NCBI GenBank assembly: GCA_051362555.1
Contig: CM120645.1
Location: 6,014,001-6,078,000 of the forward strand
Direction: 5' to 3'
DNA: 64,000 bases
Origin: Lingula anatina
Lineage: Eukaryota > Animalia > Brachiopoda
Shown: piece by piece, positions 24,789 through 38,919 of the stretch
Numbering within the stretch: position 1 is the first letter of the stretch
How the letters are laid out: the number at the start of each line of letters is the position of its first letter
Made by a program: the position numbers and the translations under genes
The notes under the pieces: model-generated
The model's database searches: none
Told to the model about the DNA's origin: nothing
The model's input: only the letters and a program-made list of their open reading frames with translations

Positions 24789-24969
24789 CAGTAGCTGAAC
24801 TCTATATACATCCTCTCTATGACGTAGCCAATAGCAACGCCTGGTACACGCAGGTCCAGAGCGTTTTGTTTGTAGGTTAATAAGTCTCCCTCTTAGCAAG
24901 CACACAGCAGTGTCCGCCACCCATATATTAACAACAGCGCCATTTCGTCCAGCGGCAAGCAAGTAAAAA

Positions 24970-27900
24970 ATGGACCATACTTTTACAGTTTTAGTGTGCT
25001 TATTGTCGGTCTTTATCCAGGTTTCTCTTCCATGTAGCCCGCCGATGGAACCGTACGAAGAACCGACCTTGGCGACGCTTGTCCACGAGAATTACGTAGA
25101 ATGGGTGCTGTACGGGCGCGTTGTGAAACATTACCCCGCAGAACAATGGGCGGAGAGTGCCTACACGGCGGAGATGGAGGTTTACTGCACGTATAAAGGC
25201 GGAGTTTCTCCCAGCATTGTCAATATCTCTGAAGCAGGTAACCCCAAAAAATAGTGATATTTGTTTTAGGGTGTGCATATGTGGTTGTTGTCACAGTTAA
25301 ATGTAGGTAAAATTTTAAAAACACATATCACAAATTGTACTCAGTCCATTAGTATTATTGAAAATTATTGAAAATGTACCCCACGCTCAAAAGAATTACA
25401 TTCCATGTAGAACAGAAAACGGGTTTTCCGATTGCCGCCCTCAAGGCAAAACCAATGAAGCAAAACCACCCTGCCTCGCGCACCTAATGTCTGGGAATCG
25501 GTTTATTGTTGTGTCTGTTTCGTGAATTATTGACATGCTCTTCGTGGGACGCCCTCGTATTTACACAGTCATTCTTTTGTAGGTTTTTACAGCACCTGCG
25601 GTTTTTTAACTGCAAGCGTGTGTGAGAAGAGCGCTCAGTAAATTTAATTATCTTTTTTAAACAACATTTCCCTGTAGCTCCGAAGTAAGCGGTAAACTTG
25701 ATAATTGAATGGTGTTTACTATTTAATCTGTTCAGGGGAAGGGGTCAACATAAAAAGATAAATAGTATTGATTTTCACTACATATATGTTGAGGGTTATA
25801 TATATTTTAGAACGGCACTTTTTGAAATGGGAAGCATTGACGTCTCTCACGTCTTACATCAAGGACGAAACGTGTATGGCAAGCCGCCATAGAATATTTA
25901 AGTTCTCATTTCCTTCAGTGAGTTTATGCCATGGTTCATTTGGCACACATAACATACATAGCATTTTTTCACAGTCGAATTTTTGGGTTATTTGAAGGAC
26001 AGGCCCACCTCATGGATTTAAATACCTTTCTGCACACGGAAATTTAACATCTGTGTTTGTTGTGCGAAATCAAAACAGTTTAGCAAACCAATCATAACAT
26101 CCCGCCTTTCACTTACTGTTGCTACTCGCAATATGTTCACTCCTCGTATGTTTACATTGCACGAGTAGACGTCATAGAATACCCTGAAGATCAACACGAT
26201 TTTCCTCGAAGTACGCACTTCAATCTCTTAAGTTCCGATGTCTGTATTGTATTTTTGTTTTGAATTTGTATAAAAACTTGTCAATTTCAAGACTGCAAAA
26301 GCACTCAAACTGGCACCATCTCTTATTCTAATTTGGTGTCACATTACTATTTTTTGTTTATTTATACACAGCAGTTAAAGGTCTTTGAACTACTAGTAAG
26401 TAATGCTTCAGAATTCTTGCCCAGTCGTCGATGTCTCGCAGTTTGTATGGTAATTCCAAGTAGAGATTGGTCGTATTGTATCCCTCAGTTTTGCTTGAAG
26501 GCAATCGAGAAGAAAATTACTTATTAAACCTTGTCTTTTTCATCTTCCAGGGAGTTTTTTATTATTCTGCAAATCTTTGATGGTCCCCTTGCTGCGTCGT
26601 TCGATAAAACGATCTCCAATCTCCACTTAATGCCCTTTATTTCAGGACTAGGTGAAAATATGATGCAGAACGAGTACCGATATAGACCCACACCACGTAG
26701 TTAAATTTAGGATCTAATATCCGTTTACAAGTCCTATATAGAATATGGTGAATATAGAACGATGATAAAACGCGTCTATCCGGCCTAGAGATGTAGTCAG
26801 CCAAAAAGGGCCGATTCACATCTTGTGTTCATCAATGAAAGACTGCAAATCAAATTAACTGGTGGTATCTGTCTGAGATCGTGCCTTCTCCGGAAGCCGC
26901 CGAGTGAAAATTAGGGAGATAACAGCTGTGCGAGGTGGAATCTCACTAAAAGACATGGAGTTATCGCTATCAAATTACCGGTCAATCAAGGCGTTAGACT
27001 GGTGGCTTTATTCGATAATCTAACCAATATGAAATTATGTTTCGTAGAAATGCACCTCAGATATGTTCCAGTAGAGTATACTCGGTAGCTTAATCCGGGG
27101 CATAAATATATACGGATGACTGCCCCCGCTGTGGCATGTACTGAAGATGAACATCTCACGGCAGGGGAACAATATGGCTTCGACTACTACATATTACTTT
27201 ACATAGAGAGCCAACAGGGCCGCCGACTCTACAGAAACCGGTACATTGGTCCTCTTCGCCTTTTTGTCGATTCCAACTGTTTTTGGATTTTATTCTTATC
27301 TGATAAAACATATTTTATAGCATATTGGCCTTTCCTTACAAATAAAACAGTGGGAATTCTGTGTTAAGGACGCACTCAGAGCGGTTTTTACTTACTGCGT
27401 TTTAATTTTCCCCGATTTTCCCTCTGTTCATTAAGCTGATCTAACTATGATACTGCAGTTTGGAAGCAAGCGGTTTCTTCCTGTATTTAGAACTGGAATC
27501 ATTATATTGATTCATTAGTATTGTCAAAAAGATATTGTTTTTCACGTGGAACATTCAAGTTGATGACATTATGTTCCTCTGCGTGTAATCTCTGCGTGTA
27601 CTAGGAAATAGTGGAAACAAAGCAGTTCTAACGGCATTAAATTACAAAGAAGGGTGTTGTGTTTACTGCAACTAACTTCAGTCAATATCAAATTTAAAAA
27701 TGTCGTTGATAACCGTCACATACAGTATGTAATACATCCAGTTGTATCTCATTTCTTTCAAAATAATGATTTAAGACATTGACCTGAAAACCCCATTGAA
27801 GGAACGGTGCCATCGATTAACTCCTTACAAAGAACGCAATTTTTAAAAAGCATAAAATCCCTCTTGCGCACACGGGGCTGAGAGGCACATATGGTACTTA

Positions 27901-29757
27901 AAAAGGGCTTAATCTACATTAGAGAAACAAGGGCGGTGCATACAGTTGACTGTGCATCGTCCTCTTTATACGACTCGGTGGAAATCGCTGGAGCAAATTG
28001 GACTTCGGCTTTAATCTATATACAGGCACGTGCGCATACGCGTCAACGTTTGTAACGCATCAAGCGTACAGCCCACAGTACACGAACACACACACACACA
28101 TACACACACACACACACACACTTAAACGTGACTAGGACAGAGCAATGCTGAGCATCCACTGACTTGGGTCCGTATACAAACTACGGTGAGAATGTCAAAA
28201 ACCCACCACATTTTTAAAAAGTTTAATATACCATAGGAAAAAAGGCGTCCTACATACGTAGACCCTGTAAGATGAGAACCTGAGTTGAATGTGTTCCACT
28301 CAAAAGACACGTCGATTCAAGACTAAGTTTCAGAGCAATGTGGTCCGTCCATTGTTTTCTTGTAAGCCGCTGTATTTTTCGAACGAACAGTCTCTGACTT
28401 CTAGTTTCAGTTGACCAGACTGCAGTTTCAGTTTACAAGTTCACCGTGGTCAGAGTAATGCGTTGATCAGCCAGACGTTAATACATTTCAGAAGTTTTTA
28501 TCAGAGCGGCTTACTTTGGGGTATTTTTTTTTTCAATTTACAAAACACAATGCACGTACACTTGAAAGTTCACACTTGAATGGCAAAACACACTCGAAAT
28601 GACTACTCTAGGCTTAATTTCTTCAGCCACTGAATACCAACAAGACCTATATGGTATATGGCAAAAACGTTTGGAGATTTTACTGAACTGTTTTTAAGTG
28701 ATTAAGGGTTATACAGCAACTTTTCATAATTTGTCATATATGTACGTATAATTGAATTATTGCTTTGTTTGCACATACACTATTCAGCTATAATGGTGAC
28801 TGTTAATGTGAATAGGAGCGATAAAAACATGCTCCACTGTCGCATAACCTTCACCCCATCAGAACCAATGAATTCAAAAGCCAATTTTAACTACTGTATC
28901 AAACGCCTCTTTTTCAGGTTTCATTCCCGGGCTTTGCGATGCTCACAACTTGGAGATAGGAAAAAGTTATTATGTCTTGGCCTACTCCGGCCTCAGGCCG
29001 ACCAGGGTGCAGGAGGTCACGCTGGACAACTCGGCCATGAACGAACTGACCTCAGTGTGTAACCTACAGATGACGTATCCGCTAGGTGAGTGTGTTAGGT
29101 GTGACTGCAAATTGCGCAAGTTTTGAGTATGAGTGTGTTAGGTGTGATTATGCTGGGCATGAATATGTCAATGACATCTATTAAATAAACAATGAACAGT
29201 TACGACAGCAATCTGTCCGATGTAACAAACTGAATAACAGGGTCCACTCTGGCATGGGATTTTGTTTAGTAGCCATGCCGTACATCGGAAAATTATACTA
29301 TTTGAATATCCCTTGTGTCGCTGCATGAATGACGCTAAACTTTTCTATAACTTCTTGAAACTGTAGCAATACGATTCATCGAGTTTTTAAATATTAAACG
29401 TCTAATTTGTGGTTTCTTTGTGTAACTTTTGTTCTCATCAAATTACTGATTAGAGAACTGAATCAATTTTTTCTCTTATAATCAGGTGTCGATGCCGCCT
29501 CCCCACCTGTCAAATGCACAGCCCCTGCTGACCAATCAAGTTGCGTTCAACCATCTCCAGATCGAGGCTGGGGCGAGGAGAGCTCCGAAGCACCACCCGT
29601 GGACTCCCCCACAGAAGATTCAGCAATGCCAAATTTACAAGAAGGCACTACATTAGGTTCAAATGCTGTGGATGGTGGATCAGGAAGCGCTTCCACTTGG
29701 CATTTTGATTCAATAAACATGTGCTTGTCGGTCCTTTTTGTGTTACTATGGAATTAA
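24970..29757 (+). CDS. Secreted, likely GPI-anchored TIMP/NtA(CCDC3-like) OB-fold protein, ~235 aa
   Basis: Exons 24970-25237, 28918-29085, 29486-29757 (both introns phase 1). Signal peptide followed by CSPP, VLYGRVVKHY, YTAEMEVYCTYKG, GFIPGLC, LEIGKSYYV; acidic Ser/Pro stalk; C-terminus GGSGS...MCLSVLFVLLWN*. Family assignment is by motif recognition only. Confidence 0.75.
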
Positions 29758-31300
29758 GGGGACTTCTGTTTCCAGCTGATCCTCAAAGCCCGTCTCAGAA
29801 TAGGCCCGCAGCGACTTTTTTCAACTTACTTCATTTCAAACATGCCACCAGAGAGCAGCGAGGTTTTATATGATAACAATAAAAACTTTGATATAACTGT
29901 GAGAAAACAAATATTAAAAAGCCGTCGATAAGACTACATTAATGTAGGCCAACGGATTCCGATACAAGGTACTTTGTCAGTTGCCCATCATGTTTTTATA
30001 ATATAGCCAACTGGGAGAAAAATTATAATTTTGTTAACTTGTTTATAATTTAAAAACGATTTTTGGCAATTTCATTATATATATATTGATCTGTATATCT
30101 TTTAAAAATATCATTCAATAGTTTCTAATTTGAGATTCATTTTCAATTGTTGTCATCCTGCTTAAACTCTGCTATACATACGAATTATATCATTATTTAT
30201 TGTAGGCCTATAAGCATTGCCTAAATGAAATAAAACCTTTATAACCAACGTATAATACGAAATACTGAATGCCTTATCCATTTATATACATATACCATCG
30301 TTCATGCACCTGGCGACTAGTCTTTATCTCACTGTGTGATGCCTATTACGTGAAACACACCATCCGCAGTTGGAAAGTTTCTGATAACAGGGTTGAATAA
30401 CCAGGTCTTGGCGCGTTTTATCTGCCCATGGATTCACGAGCCCACCTGGCTATGCTTACCTGCATGCCACAGGTGTGTTAAGACAAGGATATAAAAGCAG
30501 ACTAAATACTGTATTCGTAGTGGTAACACCGAACAATCCCGTTTCCTTCGTGATGTTAAATGTCATACTAACCAATTTTACACTTTGGCAGTGGAAATTA
30601 AACAGGTTTTTTGTTCTCGTTGCCAATCGACCTGTCAAATTCAGGGTGCATCTCAAACGCACTAGTTTGTTGAGAAAGTGATACCGTTCTATAAGAAACA
30701 CCTGCACACGATCAACTTTAAGGTGTTTTTTTTTTTTTTTTTTTTTTTTTGAAATGCTGCGATTGAGTAGAAAGTACAGGCTTAATTATATTATGTGATC
30801 TAGTGGAAGACAACCTGCGCTAACATTAACACTCATGCATTTAAACTTTTTTCTTGTGTTTACAATATTACCCCGAGAAACCCCGAGAAATACGTGAAAG
30901 TAGGGCGTCTTGTTATATTTTTGTTAAAAAGAGAGGCAGCTTTAACCTTGGGCATAATAACGAAAAATTTCTCCATAACCAGCTAACTCTCAATGCTTAA
31001 AAATCGCTGAAACCCGTTAACTGTTAAAACAGCAACTGGCGTGTATAACCTACTGTACTACGCTGACCCACCAACGCCATCTTTCGAGCTACTCGGAGAA
31101 CGTTTTACCGGTATTTATCAAAACACTGTCTGCACTGCAGAGAGCGATATCCGCCATGTTACATTTATATGTACGATAAATCTTCAGTCATAGTACATGT
31201 ATCAGTACAGCCGTATTGTGTACAAACAGGTACAGGTGGCATCTGACGTGTGACGCCTACGGAGATGTGACGTCATATCACAGTGTCACATCGGCCAGGT

Positions 31301-32500
31301 ATGGCTCAGATAGCAGTTATAGGGGCGGGGGTTGTTGGCCTCTCCACGGCCGTCTGCGTCCAGGAAAGGATCCCCGGGGCCGCGGTGACCATCATTGCTG
31401 AGAAGTTCTCCCCCAATACGACCAGCGACGTGGCGGCGGGGTACTTCGCTCCCAGCACCAAGTACGGAGTCTCTGTCGATAGAATGAGGTTGGTATAGTG
31501 ATCAGGAAAGGGAGGGAGGGGGTGATGTCCAAGTGAACGTTTTTATTGGAATAACATTGCGCTACTTTTACTCATTTTTACATAGTAAGCGCATAAGTCC
31601 ACCGGCTTATCTCTTTAGTATAGGGGCCTATTTATTACCTGTGATCTAGACACTTTGTATCAGGAAAGGAGATGACCCTTAGGGGCCTACCTGTTTTTTT
31701 TTTAAATCTAAATATTTTAAGAGTAATTATTCGTTGTAACCATGGACACGGCTCTCGTGCCAAGCATGTTACTGAATTTATATTGAGCTTAGAAGGGGAC
31801 ACCGTAAGAGTTTGAAGATTATTGAGGTCAGCAGGTAATATGCATGACAGTGTGCCTCACATCTTATGGACTCTTACTTGTGTCAGACATCCGGGTAACC
31901 TACGGCACAGAAAATAAATTACACTAAATTGCCTGTTTTTTTCATAAATGTCATCGAAAGAAAAACCTGTTTTAGTGGTTAGTAAACGTTGGTGGAGATT
32001 TCCAATTCGACACACCTGGAGCGTCATTTCCTTGCCTGGTTAAATTTATAGCAATACACGTACATTTTAGGTCAAAATTGCTTTAAAGGGAATTTTTTTT
32101 CTTTCTTTCTTACTGTTATTATTATTATTATTATTATTTTTTTTTTTTTTTTTTTTAAGGTGGAGGGGGTGATTGCTATACTCCCCTCGGGAAGCAACCC
32201 AAACGTTCATTTATATGCATGTTGGCGGTTTACATTCTATGTAAACATTAAAAGTAAAGATGGGACGCCACAAAAGAGCACTAGTACATCAGAGCGGCTG
32301 GTACACTATTATATGGCCTGAAAATGCGTCAGAAAAAATACATTTCTCCTAAATAATTACCGACACTATATAATTTAGCACGAAACACGCACACACAATG
32401 GAAAAAATATATACAGTGCACGTAGACACAGTAAGCACACGTGTTTTTATTTTATTTCAGACCTTCTTCAATCGTATGGGCTATGTACAACAGACCACAA

Positions 32501-32553
<53 letters not shown>

Positions 32554-35500
32554 AACACGAGGAGGTCCTCTCCTCACAAATATTTATTTCATTTTTCCTT
32601 TTTATTTGCTACGGAATTAACGGGAGACCACCTTCCAAACATTTCTACCGAACTCATCTCTCCAAGTACATCAAGAAACAACGAGGTTCCAACGTCCAAA
32701 ACAGTTTCTCCCCATTTGATAGGGAATCAACTGGATACCATATCCCGAACAGCTCTTCCGAGCTTATGACTCCCTCACAAAGGGAATCACCTGAAGACAA
32801 TCTCCCAAACAACTTAAAGAAATAAAAAAATAGCTGTTTACTGTGGTGCGCTAACTGGTCGAATGATCTAACGTCGTGAATTATCCACAATTCTTACAAA
32901 TAGCGCAGCTAACACAATGTATACAGTGTCTCCCTCTAGGAGAAAACGATTCCGTTCGATTTCCAGTGTCCACTGTGCTCCCCAGCGGACATGTATGAAT
33001 AAAACCTGGTCTTCCTAGATTAAGAAATAAATATATTTATAAATAGAGAAACGAACAAATTGAATTCAGAGACGATTATTTCTAACGGATTATATGCTCA
33101 TTGAGGTTTCTTTCCTTACAGGCAATGGGCGCAGGATTCTTTCAAGCAATATGACCTCATCACACGTTCTGAAGAATCCGCCGATGCTGGTGTTATCCTG
33201 TTGTCTGGATACTATTTGTATCGTAGCAAGGAAAATGTAACTTGATGATATATTTTTGCATTAGTATTCGTAAATTATGAAAATATGTCATATTCAAAAA
33301 TAGTCATAGAAAAGTTTTTTTTCTCTTTAAACGCCAAAACAGCATTTAATGTTAAAACACTGGATATATTTGTAGCTAGTTTCAATGAAATTTCATGAAG
33401 CATGCACTTCACATGTAAGTCTCTATTTACTTGTACACTGTACACTCAACTGGAGATCTGAAACAAGAAAGGAGTGAAATGAAGACGCCTGCTCCTCTAG
33501 CTAATCCTCAAGATTAAGTGAACACTTCTGTGATTTGTTCAGCAGTCGCAAATTTTTATTCTTAGATCCCAGAATATATGGGCGAAGACGTGCTTTATCA
33601 GTGCAGAGATTTAACGGCGAAAGAAATGGGAATGTTTCCAAACTATAAGTAAGTGATGTTCACCATGGTTATCATACTGTTAAATCGGTCGAATTTGACA
33701 TCGTTGTTGTTGTAAGTATTTTATAACCACTGTATCTGCTTTACAATACAGCTTGGTGTCTCCTTTATTTTGTATACTACTTAATGTCTAAGTTATTTAC
33801 ATCTTTGTTGACTATCCAGTAGAACATGTACATGTCTATTCAAGCAGTATTTTTCAGGAAGATACGATACATTGTATAGACACATATGTTTGAGGATCAA
33901 CCATTGTCATTCCACTGGTTGCCAAAAAATATACATAAAGACATCAGCAAACGTATTTGTTAGGTGTGAAAAAAAAAAACATGGACCATCCCGAGTTTAT
34001 TAGGAGAACACTAAAAATTGTGTCGGGCCCATTCCTCTGTTGGGTCAAAAAAAATCCTATGAGTATACACCTTGGAGCAGGCCATGGATCGTACCCATAA
34101 CTTGCAAATTGTTAATTAGTAATTGGCATAGCCAGGTTTATCAATATGCTTTTGTAAAGGTTGTCACCTTGAAATTTAAAGAAGCGAATGCATGGAGATT
34201 AAAAAAATATCATTTATAGCTGGAGATGTATGTTGATGGTAGAGAGTCGAGTTAATGTTGCCAGTTTTGAGATACAGGACTTCACTGTTTCCACGTATTC
34301 TATCAATGTTCCTCTATATGACAGTGTTTATTCAGATTCGGTCGGATGGTGACGATATTTGTGACGGAATGTCGCCGTTACTTGCCTTGGATGATGACGC
34401 GGTTTAAGAAGAGTGGAGGTCACGTTGTTCAGCAAAAAGTTGCATCCCTGGAAGAGGTATTCTACAACAGTTCATGTATTGTTTTAAGCACACAGGGCTA
34501 TTTTAAAATTTATAAATTATGGAATATAAGTTATAGCCTATACAATTTCATCTTAAGGCGTGCACTAGTAGGCCTCCTTTGCGTATACCGATTTACTATT
34601 GATAAGAAACAGTAGTCGTTAGGCATGCACCTATGTAAATACTAAATGGCAAATTGATCATATCCATAGACACTCAAACAGTCTTCATGCGATTCTTATT
34701 ACAGCTCGCAGGCAAGTATGATGTGGTTATGAATTGCTGCGGTCTTGGTGCACGTGATCTGGTCGCACAACATGACGTCACACCATGGAGAGGTCAGGTG
34801 GTACGTGTCAAGGCGCCGTGGGTGAAGCACATGATCAGTACTGATGATGGTGTCTATATCGTTCCTTGGTGAGGAGAAAATGTTTGCAGTGTACTCAATA
34901 TATGGAATTGTATCTGTCCCCTATTTCCCCTTCTTTTAAAATGGTGTTTTTTTATGGGACAATGGGTGTGTGAAGCAAATCTCAGGATTTATGTCATACC
35001 CAATTATGAAAAGGTTGGAGGGGGTGAACTGCCATTTTATACTGAAAAGAATTTAGGTACCCCGCCTCGGTCGACATCATTTCTTTGTGGGTTTGTAAAA
35101 CAATGCATGTGCAATAATGTATATACATGTTTATCGGTCTCAGCCAAATGTTATAAATGGAATATTTTAACAGCGTCGTCCCCTTTGATTCCTGATAACT
35201 CTCGTGTCCTGTCTTGTATACTACAGCGTGGACAGCGTGGTACTTGGTGGCGTGAAGGAGGTTGGTCACACTAACCTTAACGTGGACGAAGAGACCAAAA
35301 ACAGAATTATCAAACGATGTTTAGAGCTGATGCCTTCTTTAAAGGTATGTGCAAGAAGTTTTCTCACACAGGGTACATTGGGAAATTTACCATTTCCAAC
35401 CATACATGCATTGCAACACACCTACTAAGAGTAAGACACGAAGTGTGTTACCACCATGGCATTCCTTTTAGTCACTAACAGCAATTTTGTTTAAAATGGC

Positions 35501-36077
35501 ATTCAACATTAATGGCTTGGCATAACGACATATCTGTTAAAACAAAGTGCCAGATCATATTTATCTTTTAGCATTTTGCCCTTGGTTGTAATTCTCTCAC
35601 TCTACGATATTTCAGAACGCGGAATTTCTATATGACGGGGTTGGTCTGCGTCCCCATCGAGAACCGCTGAGATTAGAGCTGGAGTGTGTTCGTTTCGGTG
35701 AAAAGGCACTAAAGGTAAATGAAGAGAAAAACAAGTAAATCTCTTGCTAAAATGGCCATCTCATACACCTCCTTTATTAGTTTTTAGTTCGGGATTTAAT
35801 GCTCAATCACGGTTTTTGTTGTTATTCTTTAAATAACAAGACAGATATACATCTACCTATAATTCTCTTGTTGCTTAATACGTGTATATCGCACAATAGG
35901 TCACTATAATGGCATGGGCTTTTTACAATGTTTTAATGGATTTAGTTAATTGCTTTGCAGGTGATTCACAACTACGGCCACGGTCCTATAGGAGTTTCAT
36001 TGAGCTGGGGAACAGCCGTGGAGGCAGTGAGACTGGCCCAGAATGCACTGCGGTCTCAGCAAACCAGCAAACTATGA
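31301..36077 (+). CDS. DDO: D-aspartate/D-amino-acid oxidase family, paralog 1 (~334 aa)
   Basis: Exons 31301-31488, 33122-33236, 33566-33648, 34336-34456, 34705-34868, 35227-35344, 35616-35714, 35961-36077. Motifs GAGVVGLST (FAD binding), [23 protein letters not shown]-terminal SKL. Confidence 0.9.
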
Positions 36078-37241
36078 GAGGCATCAGCGTCATTAATGTT
36101 GATTTTTTTATGAATCCTTTTGTTGTATTTAATGGTAACCTATTTGTTATAAAGAATTTACCTTTAAATTTACAGAGATTATTTTCATCGTCATCTAGAA
36201 CAATTAACGACAGTAAAGTACAACTGCAGGTATATGCATAATAATAAAGTCTAAATGGAATAAAATTTGCCTCAATATAAATAATCTAATATTAAACTAA
36301 ATGCCATTCATTTGCTACTGCTGTTGCTGTACATTTGAGAGCAGTATCATATTAGTCACGAAAAATGTCAACCACCGTTCAATTTTTAAGGATAAAATGG
36401 TTCTGCCTCGACATGTATGGACTTTCTTGAACTTAGATAAGGAGAAGGTAATTATTTCGGATTACATCTTAATTTCCATTCAGCGTACCAATGTCGTTCA
36501 AAGACCATATGGAACAATCCTGGCTAAGCCATATAGTACCCGTACATGATTATGTACCAGTAAGCTTGGATCAGATCCAACCTTCTCGGAGCGGCAATGT
36601 TGGCCCGAGTTCGGACAAATTCGTGAAAGACTCACCTCCGCTTGCAGTCATTCAGTAAAATGCCCGTTTACAATCGTTTACACGTGCATGACGCTTAACG
36701 AAACATTTGCTCCACGCGAGCATAATAAATTAACACTAACAAGCAATTTCTGTTATGGCTTGTTAATGGCTGAAAAGGTTAAAATTCAAGTTTATTTTTA
36801 GATGTCCCTTTTAAAGCTATAATTGCACATAATATTGGATAACAAGCCTCTGTTATAGCGGACCCATGTAGGACGAGATTTGTGCTCGGCGTGTTCTCAT
36901 ATGGAGCATTTAACAGAAGCTACACCCGTGTACAACTTGGAATCACGCTAGAAGCCCAGCCTACTTGTTTTTCCTTTTTTACCCCAAACCTCGGTGAATC
37001 TGGCGTTCTCAAAATAAAAAACTGTGTCAGTTTAGAAATATGCATTACTCTATTTACCCTACTCTCCCTACTCTACCCCGTATCCGTCTTGGTGTATACA
37101 GACAGAAAGCATACACTCGAGAATGTGTGTCACCACCTGATAAGATCGTAATCGGAAAGCACCCAGCAGCAAGTTGGCCCTATGGGGTAGTCGTGACGAT
37201 CCCGTGAACTAGCTGCACTAATGCCCAGTAGACACTTCACG

Positions 37242-38875
37242 ATGGCTAACATAGCAGTGATCGGAGCTGGAGTTGTCGGACTGTCCACCGCCATTAACAT
37301 CATAGAGAGCGTCCCAGACGCTAGGGTCACTATCTATGCTGACCGATGGTCACCGGACACCCTCAGTGACGGAGCGGCTGGGTGCTTTGGACCCAAACTT
37401 GGGGGTCCTATGTACCCCATGGGTATAGAGTTGAAGCGGTTTAAGTAAGTACATTGATAAAAAGAAATGCATGTAAGAATCTATGATTCAGTTCAAAAAA
37501 ATACCTGCATGTTGCATGTTTTTGCATTTTAGTTAAATTAAAATGTTGAAGCAGATACAATTCAAGATAAAAACCCAAAGTAGTTTTGAAATCTACACTA
37601 ACCGAACGTGCCCAGAAACCGTCGTTGAATGTGGCATACCGCTATGCTTCTATTTTGACCATGGCATCATGCTAACGCTAGTTTATCACAGTTTCTGTAA
37701 ACATTTAACCTTATATTCAGCATGTATATCTAAGCCTACCGTATGATATATGTAAGCTCTCATTATCTTTATATGGAAGAGTAGTAGATACAGTGACTGA
37801 AATTAAAATAATGTCTCACTTGCTTGACTGTTTCCGGTCGGAATTGTGTGTGTGGGACCCTTGCCCCCCTTTGCTCCATCACTGTAGACTTGGTATAATT
37901 TTTCTTTCACTGTAGAACCTGGGCAAGAGACTCGTTCCAGCACTACGACGCCATTGCCCACTCGGCGGAGTCTGCAGAGGCCGGTGTGTTTCCAGTCTCT
38001 GGCTACAGGTTATACTGCAGGCCTGAAAACGTGAGTGTAGACCATACAGCTTTTTCTCAATATCGTGAGGCTGTCTAGGTATGGTATGGTATGGTATGGT
38101 ATGGAAGCAACATGTCATTTAAGAAAATATTGTTGGTTCGTATCGATTTACCGCAGTAGATTTTTGATAGCGTATGGCAATATGTAGTAAAGTATGGTCA
38201 TTTTTGGGCGTGGTGTTATTTTAGGTTGCACCGTACCGTGCTCTGGAACTCATGTCCAACTACAAAGAACTCTCTAAAGAAGAGATGAAGAAGTTTCCAC
38301 CCAAGTATAAGTATGCATTGTCATCTTTTAAATAATTTGGCACTCGATTGGCATTCGATTGGCTCAAAACTGTTTTCATGAGTTACTATGCCAAGTCAGA
38401 TATTTCAATACAAAAGCAAAAATTAAAAATTTAGCATTGTAGTGTCGATATCTTGATGATCTCTTTCATTTCAGTTATGGGAATACGCAATTTGAGTAGT
38501 GGTTATGTGCAGTTTCACATTTGATAAACGCTTTACAATCAAAAGCGCGCAGAACACAAAATCACACAACGGCAAAAAGGTGTTCATATACAGTGTACAA
38601 GAAGATCTGGTAGTACTATATATGTCGACATAATATATGCTACATGAAGTTCCCATAGATAGGTTCAAAATATCAAACATTTAAACATTTTCAGAGTCGG
38701 TTTCTTTTTCACAACGTTAATAGCAGAGTGTCACCGTTATCTACCTTGGCTTTTGAAGCGGTTTAAGAGGAAGGGTGGTCACGTGGTGCAACAGAAGATG
38801 ACAACATTAAAGCAGGTAGTGTCGGGATTAATATGATAGTTTCGAAGAATGACAACACACAAAATGGCGTGTTTG

Positions 38876-38919
<44 letters not shown>

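Noticed and set aside
30300-30720. Possible Tc1 5' relic on the minus strand
   Set aside because: Only a vague RPRPG-like word; no TIR pair or catalytic motif that I could confirm.
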